From contig NC_087245.1 of the NCBI RefSeq assembly GCF_037042905.1, positions 34,598,001 through 34,662,000 on the forward strand: 64,000 nt of DNA, written 5' to 3'. The position numbers and the translations under genes were made by a program. Below, one piece after another: positions 41,801 to 53,800 of the stretch; position 1 is the stretch's first letter, and each line of letters begins with the position of its first letter. Source of the DNA: Lytechinus pictus. Its lineage: Eukaryota. The notes under the pieces are model-generated. The model saw only the letters and a list, made by a program, of their open reading frames with translations, was not told the origin of the DNA and searched no databases.

Positions 41801-44800
41801 TAATAATAATATTCCGCATTTATATAGCGCTTAATACATCGGAACGACGTCTCTAAGCACTTTACAGATATATTATTACCCCGGTCATCGGATCCTTGCA
41901 TTCCCCGCATACAATGTATGCACCTTCTCCACTCCCTGGGGAGCATTCTAACAAGAGTTCCAAGACTCAATTGCTAGGCATACTACATAGGCTTTCGCAT
42001 CCTACCGGGTACCCATTTAACACCTGTGTGGAGAGTGGCAAATTGTGGATTGACGCCTTGCCAAAGGACGCTAGGCCATGGTGGGATTCGAACACACGAC
42101 CCTCTGATTACAAGGCGAGAGTCAGAACCACTACACCACGGCGCTTCCATAAGAGCTTGCATGCCACCATGCAGACTCATTTCATCCCAAATAAAGCAAC
42201 AATACAGGTGGATAAAGATAAAGAAAGAAATTTGACATGTCAAGTTCTGAAACTTATCAAAAGGATATCCTGAGATCTGAATTTATCACTATTTACATGT
42301 TGTTACAGGAGTACATTTCCTTTCCAGTCCCCATAGCCCCAATCAAAACAGTGCGTATTTGTTTATGAATGCCGTACATAGGACATACTCCTACAACAAA
42401 AGTGATCTTAAGCCAACAATGCGCTGCATGGGCTCTAGACAAACTTTGACCTTGTGGGAGGAGTTGCATAGTTGGGTGTAAGTGATCTTGGTTGACCTTT
42501 GACCTAGCTCCCATTCTTTGTCTGGGGGAGGGGTGTGGGATCAGAGTTTAGGGTGTATTTTACAGGGGGGGGGGGGGAATCAATCCCGGAATCAAGCTAG
42601 TATCCCATGTCTATACCTGACCATGGACCTACCACAACCATGCCGGTGCTGGTGATAGGTTTGTACGTTGACGGGTAGGGGTGAAATTTAGAGTTTGAAA
42701 TTGGAGACAGTGATATACCAGTACATTAATCTGGCCTTGACCTCTATTGTTGAATGAAATTGGAAATGAAAAAGGGTGGGGTTTTTTTTTTTGGGGGGGG
42801 GAGTCAAGGGCGGGGCTATTTTGCGATGGGTAATGCTACTCAACCCATTAATTACAATGACAATTTTTTAAACTATTAAATGGACCTAAGCCAAGAAAAG
42901 GGCCCCCTATTTTTAAATGGTAAGTAGGCCTCTTTGAGTGTACCATGACTTTGGTCAATCTACAGAGGCATGAGCATTCATCTTTATCTTATCTTTGTCT
43001 GTTTATTTCTCAGATCCCTATTTAAAAAAAATGAATTTCCTCATAGAAGCAGACATGAAGTAATGTGTCTGATGATATCATGAATGCCTCAGTAAAAATC
43101 ATTCTTAATTAAAAAAAAAAAAATATCATGGAATCTATGATATATCACATGACCAATGGGGGAGCAGCTCGGATATGAGGTCACGAAACCAAAACTTGAA
43201 CGGTCTGTACATGTAACTCTGTTATTAATAGAGTTATAGGCCTAAATTTTTGATGGATTTTCGCTGAATCTTCACCAATTTATTTTCGTTTGTTTTTGTA
43301 TGAACTGCAATCACCTATTAAAATCAAGGATGAACTTGCCCTTTCGCCACGGTGGAGTGCGAACTGGGGACCAAAATGGAGTATCATGGCCATCAGAAAA
43401 TTATCAGTAAAATTTTTAGAGCGGTGTATACCGTAACAGAAGTCTAGACCTCTCACCTGTTCTTGACCTTTGATTTATTTTAAGTACCTTTGTTTGTATG
43501 GTGGTGTGGAATCAGAGGATGAAAAAATCATGAAGAAAATAACTTTAATAAAATGCTGGATTTTTAATGCCAATACTATTGTCCCAAAGCTACTTCAATA
43601 GGTTTCTTTTCAACAATACGTTTGACTAGGCTTTTATAATAGACCCCTGGATTGTAGGATGCAGTGGTCAAGCTATTGGTCAGTCGTTGATCAGTTACGC
43701 TTGAATTGTAAGCAAGGATGACCACTCCCTGGGAACGAATGGCCTGGTGATGCTCAGCCTTAGGTGCGTTTAATCAAATTTCATAGGCTGTATACACAAA
43801 CAAAATAATCACAAATCAAAATGCAAAACAGAAAGAAAATTAGATTTTTATTTTCGTACAGCCTTTCATCGTACTTTTCCCCTATTTTTATGACCACATA
43901 TTATAGATTTGTCATTTTGACCTAGGATTCTAGGAATTTACAGAGTGTGTGCAACACATCCTCAAAATGGAACAAGTCCCATTTTAAAATCATGATCGAG
44001 ATCTTTGTTGTGTTACCCAAACCTTTTGTCCCTGGTTGGTTTAGCCAAATTGCCTTTCAAAATGCATTGTTTTCAGTGTTTTATGTTGCTTTTAAATGAA
44101 ATATATACATTGTACAGGATCGTGGACTACTTTTGCAACCAACAAAAAATTGATTTTTGGTTAATGCTGTGCAAATTAATTGTCGTTGAAAAAAAGGTGA
44201 TTCTTGGATGATAAAATGTCGATTAAATGAAGTCTTCTACTTTCTTATGTTTCAGAGAATCCATCCATTTGAAAGGCAAAAATTAATATTTTATTATTAT
44301 TTGGGGCTACTTTAAGCAATCACTCCAGAAAGCTTCAACATTGGATAAGCTTAAAGGAGAATGAAATCTTTGGAACAAGATAGCTTGTGTGAAAACAGGA
44401 AAATCAAAGAAACAAATCAATGAAAGTTTGAGAAAAATCGGACAAATAATGAGAATTTGAATATTGCTATCACTAATGCTATGGAGATCCTCAAATTGGC
44501 AATGCAACAAAGATGTGTGATGTCACTTGTGAACAACTCTCCTCATTACTTTAGTATATATTTCACTTAAACTGCCTCTTTTATCACACCTATCAGTAGA
44601 TCCTGTGTTCTTTCTATAAGAGGGCATGTAATACAGATTTTAAAGAATACAACATGGATAAAGAGTTTGTATCACCAGAAGAAAAAGCAAAAAGAGACAT
44701 TTTGGGGGTATTTCATAGTCCATCAAAGGGAAAGATGTTCACATGTGACATCACACATCATTGTCCCATTGCCAATAGGAGGATCTCCATAGCATTCGTG

Positions 44801-47800
44801 ATTGCAATATTCAAATGCTCATAACTTTCTCATTATTTGCCCGATTTTTCTCAAACTTTCTTTGCTCTAATCTTTGATTTTTCTGTTTCGACACAAGCCT
44901 ATTTGTTCCAAAGGTTTCATTCCCCTTTAACTTAATTTGCAGTGAATGAGGATTTTCCAGGGCTCTTGTTTTCATTGTGCTGGGTTATTTTCATCATTCC
45001 GGGGGTGATATCGCCCAAAGCCCCCCCCCCCCACATATATTTCCCCCCTGCATCTATTCCATGTGGATAAAGTATTGGCTTTTGCCAATGATGTCATCTC
45101 ATGTGCCAAAAGGGAATGTCTCTATGGTTTACCTTAAGGGCGTGTGGCCTGTGAGGATTCCCGAACTGAGGCAGACATAATGGCGAGTGTGAACTAGTTT
45201 ATCATTCATAGGACTTTCAAGTTTACTGTCGTTTCGGCTTTGTACACCAAGTTGAGCCATGTGGAAGACTCAAGTTACTCTGTACAACACAGATCTATAT
45301 ACTGCTTGTACTTTAATCTTCTAGTTATTATTTTTTGTGTGTGTTATTAAGGGAACTTGCTGTCTAGTAGTAGCTAGAAATGGTTGTAGCTTACTTACAT
45401 GTAAATATTCAAATTTGAGTCATTTCAGACAGAGAATGGTACCAACAAATTGGCAGAAAAATGGCTAGACTTGCATTTAAGAGGGATTTCCATTCGAAAA
45501 TTTTAAGCTTTACATTGAACTTTTCCAAGAAATGTAAAAAAAGAAGCCTTCTGTCCAATACAATTCACTCTAAATATATGCTTCATCATAGAAGCAAGTT
45601 AATACTATCAGGGTTGAGCGATTAGGTGTACATAAGCCTAGGTATGGTGTGGTAAACTCCTTGATCAAATGAAGCCAATTGAGATTCATGAATAGCAAAT
45701 GGTGCATGATATACTTCAGCGCGTATTCTCATGAATAGTAGAATATGGCACCAAACTCCTTTTGATAGAAAACTATGGGCATGCAGACATTGATACAAAG
45801 GGGTGCCGCTTATCTAGCAAAATTTTAAATTCAGGCCCTACTGATTTACATGTAATTTCAGGTCGATGAAAAGACCCTTTTTTTTAATAAACAAAAGGGC
45901 TTATTTTAGGTGATTTCAGGATCTCTGCTCTGATTAATTCTTACGTGAACTTGCATTGCTTGGCAGGATGTAAATTAGTGAAAATATTAATACAAGAAAG
46001 ATTGTAATTTGTAATGAGTCATATCATGTTACTTGGAGGACAGATTAATATCAGAAATAATATATTAAAACCATATGTTTCTACCTTTGTTATGTTTTTT
46101 TTTTCATAAACATCTGGGTAGTATTTCATGAAAGAAATGTTGGATGATTTATCTGACAAGTCCCGTTTTATCCAAAAGTTACCATAGTAACAGTGCCTCT
46201 CAGCCAATCATAATCAAGGAGAGATGTCAGATCTGACAACTTGTTGGACAAAAATTTTGATGAAACGCTGCCCAGTTCTCCCACTCCATACTTTAGGTGA
46301 TGGTGTAAGGAGGACTTTTTTATCCATGATACACTTTCCAATAACATTGCAATATTATTTTTCTTCCATTCTCACTGTATGTTTATTCCCCAAAATGCAA
46401 TTAAAAACAATTTTTGACTATATATTCAAACTTTTTGGGATCACATTTGAATATGAGTTGTCATTTTCTTATGATTCTATCTTCAAGGGCATATTTTAGG
46501 AAACCCAGAGAACTATTAATAGGTACAGGTGCATTGAGTTCAAGTATTTGATACCTCATGTTTTTTTTCTGGTTCCATGACATTTGCTCCGGCGACAATT
46601 GCTCCGCTCTAAATTCCACACACTAATGGAAATGGCCAACCGCAACCCTGGGTATGACTCTATACCCTACCTTAAACCTAACCCTTGACCTAACATAAAA
46701 CCATACTGCAACCCTAACCCTATATTTTAGACAAAATTAAGCCCGGAGCAATTATCGCAGCCTCGAGGAGCAATTGTGTTTCTTTCACTTGTACGGTACA
46801 CTGTATGCTTTCCCATTTGTATTTTTAAGAAAAGAGGAAAAAACACATTTTGGGGGATGTGAAGAAAGCGAAGAGGGCAATGACTCATCGAGCTAGGCGA
46901 GATTGGCTGCCTAATTTGTGTCGAGGAAAAGACTGTTTTAAAAGTGGAGAAGAAAACTCATTTTGAATAGTGAACAGTGACTAGTCATTCTAATGGATAA
47001 AACATGATGAAAGATCTCATAACCTACCTCTACCTTTAACCAATATTGAAATTTTGTCACTCTCGCTTCGGCCTAGCAGTGGAGATAGACACCGTTCTCA
47101 CTTCTGTCCTAAAACTAGTTTAGTGGAAACTGGTGATATGTAATGAGAACGGTCGAAACGGTCTTGGAAGCGATCTTCCAAACCGGTTCAGAAAACCACC
47201 TCGCGATGTAGTTTTGAAGATCGTTTTGCCTGGTTTTAGCGTAAATGAGGACACAACCATTCTTTGCATATTTCGTGTGCGCTACTCCACGCACTGTATG
47301 TGAATGCCTAGGCTGTGGTTTCAAATTTTGCACGAAACGTGTCACCCCCACCGAGTGTTCCCCTAACATACAAGGCCACTTCACGTGAAGTGGTTTTGAA
47401 ACCACTTTCAGCTGATCAAGTGGGAACGCTAGCAAAGGGATCTTCCAAACTGGTTTCCTGAACCGATTACCAGAAAACTAGTTTTAGAAAGAGAAAGGTG
47501 TTTTACTCACACTTTTGGAAATAGGCACATTTAACTAGGAACATAGGCCTATTGCTAATGTGTGAACCTAATGAAATTATATAATATTTTGGTCTTTTTT
47601 TGTGTGTGTTCATCCATATTTCACGTCTACCCCAAAAAAAAAAGTTGATGAACTGAGAAAAATCAAACGATCATAATGCTGAATTGTCATCAAAATTGGA
47701 TGATGAATAAGAAATGGCATTATAAAATTTTCACAACACAGTTATATCTATATGCACAACACAGGTGATTTGGAAATAGGAGACTAAGGTGGATCATAAA

Positions 47801-50800
47801 CTCAATCAATTTTTGTTTTATATGATATATATATAATCTTAAATTTTGCAGATATGATAAGATATTCATTGAATCAGAAATGGCAACAATAGCAGTTCTA
47901 AATGTTCAGTAAAACAAATCAAACTCTGTTTCACACCATAAACTAAAGAAAAAACAATTTCATCTCCCCGTCAAATGCATACTGATCATAATGTGTAGGA
48001 TGTAAACCCTCTGAAATTGCTTTGTAAAAATAAGCAAAGTTACGTTAAAATGACATATTTTCATCATTTCACTTCCAAGTAAAATTTGAGCACTAAAATA
48101 TAGGCCTATATGATGCCTTTACTCTATGTGTTCTGATATCTAACAGTTCTACGTTTTCTGATTTTCCTCTACTTGTTCAAATTGGCCTTTAAAATATATC
48201 ATTCACATTATAACTATTGGGACAGAGTACAATATTGTCTTATACCCCTTTCATAAACCCAATTATGCGGCTAATAGCAGCATAATTTGGTCGTAAAATC
48301 GGAGGAGGACCAGAGTTATCCGCATTATTTTGATGCTGCAATTATCCGCATAATAGCGGCATCGGGACCAGATTTTGACTTTATGAACGCATTTCAAAAG
48401 TAATGCGGATAATTGCCATGGTGCGGTCACAAGGTCACCCTTTTCCAACACAACCGCATCGGAGGGGGCGTGTGCAGTTGTCATGACGATTATCCGCCTT
48501 TTTCAGGACGGGCGCTCGTAAAAATAGTGCGGATTATTTTCGGAGTTTGTGAACGCAATTTTTATTGAATTTTCCGCATTACTCTTAGGCGGCTAATTGG
48601 AGGATGGGTTTATGAAAGGGGTATTAATGATCTTATATCTTGGGCTAGTCTGAATGTGCTGTACAAAGCTCCTTACGAGAGGATAACTGGCTTTCATGTA
48701 AGCCGATAAAGCCGCAGATCATTGATATGGTAATCCTCAAACTTTGGCCTAAAAAAAAGATAAACTGTATATTCCGAAGCTATAGTAATTAATCTGCTTG
48801 ATCAAGGAAGAAGTAGTAGTGTGACTGCATATTTATTACCTTATGAGTTATGTGCAAAGAGAGATTGTATTTATATGATGTACCAGTTAATTTGGAATCA
48901 CGTTCAGATACACATCTAGGCCTACATAATAATGACATTAATGTTGCATTGAAAATACGTTGCACATTATCTCCATATGTCTTCAAATTCAATTGATTTT
49001 TTTGGGTTTTTACATTAGGTTTGTCCTTGTGCCTTTGACATTTTAAAGAATTAGTTAATTAATCAATTTAATTTAGCTACCTAATACCTATTCATTTGTA
49101 TATTTGTTTGTTAATTTATTTATTTATTCATTCATCCATCCATCTACCCACCCACCCACCTACCCATCCATCCATCCATAATTTTATTATTTTATATACA
49201 TCGGCCCTATTTTTTAAGGGGGTCAACTTCAGGATGTAACACTTCCAAAGGTCATGATGTAGTTGCTCTGAAGCTGCAATCTTAACTTGATTTTTGTCTC
49301 ACCTGCATAGCAGAGTGAGACTATAGGCGCCGCTTTTCCGACGGCGCGGCGTCAACACCAAATCTTAACCAAAGGTTAAGTTTTTGAAATGACAGAATAA
49401 CTTAGAAAGTATATGGACCTAGTTCATGAAACTTGGCCATAAGGTTAATCAAGTATTACCAAACATCCTGCCTGAGTTTCATGTCACATGACCAAGGTCA
49501 AAGGTCATTTAGGGTCAATGAACTTTGGCCAAATGGGGTATCTGTTGAATTACCATCATAACTTTGAAAGTTTATGGATCTGATTCATGAAACTTGGACA
49601 TAATAGTAATCAAGTATCACTGAACATCCTGTGCAAGTTTCAGGTCACATGATTAAGGTCAAAGGTTATTTAGGGTCAATGAACTTTGGCCAAATTGGGG
49701 GTATTTGTTGAATTACCGTCATAACTTTGAAAGTATATTGGTCTAGTTCATAAAACTTGGACATAAGAGTAATCAAGTATCACTGAACATCTTGTGCGAG
49801 TTATAGTAGTTTTCAAAGTCAGCACTGCTGCTATATTGAATCGCGTGATGCAGGTGAGACTGCCAGAGGCATTCCACTTGTTTATTCAAGTCTCATATTC
49901 AAAACCAAGAAGAAAAGAACAAAAAGATGAACATAGATGAAATTAATTGGAAACAGCTGTTTCCATCACTAGGTCATCTTTAGTTTTATTTGTCTGGTCA
50001 ATGCACCCGTGTCTGTGTGCGTGTGTGTGTGTTCACTTTAGGTCAGTGGGAAGGAAAGGAACCATATTCCTAATTCAATTTTTATTTTAATTTCAGTTTT
50101 GCTCATTTCAATCTTGAGTCTTGAATTGAGGCGGTGATCGATTGCTTTCACAGATTAAACTGTGTAAATAATGATCTTATAATTAACCGAAGGGAATGGA
50201 TGCCATCCTCGTTAAAAGAATCAGGCCTTTGGTATCTAGAGGTCAACAAAAGTATTGAAAGTATTGATGGAAAAGCAATTATTTCAACTTTTCTACAATA
50301 GGTACATTCTCATTTCCACAACATCAATTTGACTTGGAATGACTTCAATTGGGAGTCAAATCTACCGAGTCAAAGCGACTCATTTTCCGAAGTAATTGAC
50401 TCTGAAAAGTGTAGCATCAACTGAGAATCACTCAATTTTGATTATAATTAACTCTGAAAATTAGTCAGATTGACTCAGGATAGAGTTGACTCCAAAATGA
50501 CACTAAAGATTAGTCAAATTTGACACTACAGAAATAATCCTACACACAGAAATAAGAAATATGATAGCACACAGTGTAGTAAGAATTTTAACGAAATGTG
50601 CATAATTTTTTATTGAAAAAGTACGGAATGGTTGTAATGAAGGGATTCGTTATTGGAAGGCTTCTTAGTACATTCTCATTGAAGCAGTGGTTTAGTCATG
50701 TAAGGAACATGTGATACAAGATGTATACTGGGTCATGTGTGTGTGTAGCCATGTTTTCTATACTTCTATTCCTGTTAAGTTTGTGGTAGACTGGCGTAAC

Positions 50801-53800
50801 CTCAAAGACATCTCCTTATAGGACCGAATCCCACCACTGTGACCTTTGAGCAGAATGTTGCCCAGTTACCAAAGTAACTGTACTCATTTAATGAGTGATC
50901 CTTTCCCCACCTCCGTCTTTATCAAGCTCATAGAGGAAGCCTGTAAATAGTGATTAATACTCAAAGTATCGAAAGTGCTAAAAAGGGGCACATTCGCGCG
51001 CGGAGGTATAATCCAGTATGTCAAAGAGAGATTAAAATGATTGGTTATTTAAAACCTTGTCTTTGCTCTTATTGCTACTACTGCTGTAGTGCTGTTCTTG
51101 GGGTTTGCTTTAGAGCGTTTTCTTTTTTCGAGTTTTGTATGTCTCTATGCATCGCTGATGTTCTATTCTGGTGTGCTAAATCGGATTCTTGCGATCCTTC
51201 TGACTTTCATCAGCTACAGTTGAAACTTGATTTTGTAGTTTAAAATGCCTGTCTTTAAAAAGCATCAACATCAGGGGAAAAAAATCACAGGGCTCGGTGG
51301 CCGATTTTGCACCCGATAACTAAAATGAGCACTGGAAAATAAAGAAAAGAGCCCTTGAAAAAGAATTAAAAAAATAGCCTCTAAAAAATCCCCATTCGCT
51401 GCAACGTTAAAGCTCATCCATTGTTACCAATTACAGCAGGAGGTTGTGAATTAAAGGACAAGTCCACCCCAACAAAAAGTTGATTTGAATCAAAAGAGAA
51501 AAATCCAACAACTATAACACTGAAAATTTCATCTAATTCGCATGTAAAATAAGAAAGTTATGACATTTTAAAGTTTCCCTTAATTTCACAAAACAGTTAT
51601 ATTCACATCCTGGTCGGTATGCTAATTAGGGGACTGTTGGCATCACTCACTATTTCTTTTGTATTTTATTATATGAAATATGACCTATTCAAATTTTCTA
51701 CCTGTAGTCCTATGAAACAAAGCTTTATTCCTCCTGAACATGTGGAGTTACCATTGTTTTAACATTTTATGGTTCAGTCAAGTTGGTCCTTATTGTCAAA
51801 TCTGTAAAAATTGAAATATTGTATAATTCAAACAATAAAAACAAAAGAAATAGTGAGTGAGTGACATCATCGACTCTCTCTTTTGCATGTCACTGAGTTG
51901 TGCATGTAACTGTTTTGTGAAAAATAAGCAAAACCTTTAAATTGTCGTAACTCTCTTATTTTGCATCTGATTTTGATGAAATTTTCAGCGTTAAGCTTGT
52001 TTGATTTTTCTCTATTGATTAAAACTAACATTTTTCTGGGGTGGACTTGACCTTTAAGTAGCCCCCAAAAATGAAAAAAAAAATAATAATCACCTAAAAT
52101 TCTGAATGCAGTCAATAATTTGTCAAGGATTTATTTTATTGGTATTAAAGATGGAGAGTATACATCAATTCACTTCTTGCATTGAAACAGGAACATTTGG
52201 GTATCTACAGTTACTTAGCATGTCTGTAGTCATGTACAAAGTCAAATGCAACTTAGAAACAGTTATTAAAAATCCCCTCCTGTTAGTACATTGTAAATGT
52301 AATCCTCGTTTGTTCCCACAGAAACTAGTATTCAATTTGTTTTTAAGGATATGACAATAATTAGATCACTTTATGAAATATCTGAAGATGGTGGTTTTGT
52401 TTCCCATTTCAAGTGGCAGTCTGATATCATGCAGCTATTTATAGTAAAATTCACTTATTGTCTTTTGAGAGACTGCACTTAAGCCTCTTGGGGTGTTTCC
52501 TGAAGATGAGCATATTATATACTTTCTATTTATCGTTCAATTTTTAAAGGGATGGTTCGGGCTGAAAATATTTATATCTAAATAAATAGAGTAAAATTCA
52601 CAGCAAAATGCAGAACATTTCTTCAAAATGGGATAACAAATAATGAAGTAATTGAATTTTAAAGTTTATCAATATTTTTTTTAAACGGTTATATGCACAT
52701 CGTCATGAATATTCATTAGGTTAGCTGATGATGTCACATCTCCACTTTTCTTTTTCTTAGGTTATTACATGAAATAATAAATGTTTCATTTTTTCATAAA
52801 TGTGTATAAAATGATGTGTCTCCATTATGATGAAATAAGTTGCTGCAATAAATAACTAATGCACTTAATCAGTTGTCAGTCCAATTGTTTTAGTTCTTGG
52901 TAGAAATATTTTGAATAAACCTAATTTTATACAATGAAATACAAAAGGACAAGTGGAGATATGACATCATCAGCCCACCTAATACTGTTTAACCGGAATA
53001 ATGCAAATCTTTAAAATTCAATAACTTTGTTATCCGATTTTGATCAAATTTTCAGCATTTTGCTTTGTGAATTTTACTCTATTTATTGAGATATAAATAT
53101 CTTCAGCCTGGACCATCCTTTAATTTTAAGTTTTTTAAAAAAACATTTCAGGGGTACTTTTGCACAGCAGGCACAACTGGGGATAAATGCTGTTGTATAT
53201 TATCAGTAAAAGGGTGCATTTTGGAATTCAATTTTAATGCAGATGAATTAAATCTACTTTTACTTTTCTTTCACCAATTATACATATAGATTATCAAGGA
53301 GAGAGTACAGAAACACCTTGCTAGGCAGGACTACATCTGGAACACCAACCCTGGAGCGTTGTCCGTCTTCAGCGAGTATTCGTCCAGTTTACAAGCATTC
53401 CCATTCTACACCCTGGCTCTTGGAGCAACCCCATCCAACAAGTTTTCTGCTCTAGTCTTGGTACAGACCCCACCTATCTCGATATCGGCTCCGCTCATGA
53501 AGCTACTCGTCAATGTAGGCATGTCCGCATATGCCCATCAGGTACGCATGCCCCCAACTTCTCTTTTATAGTGATAGTAATAATAATTATACTTTGTTCT
53601 TGCATAGCATATTCAACATGTACAGGCACTTCCAAAGGACTTGGATATTATTGTTCTGGCTTTGGCCCGGCAAGCCTTGTACAGGAGCACAAGCGTTTCA
53701 ATTTGTGCCAGGTACCCATGTACCTTTCCTGGGTTGAGTGCGGCACAATGGGGAAAATTATTGCTGTGGCTGGAATTTGTTGTATTGACATTCTGTCATT

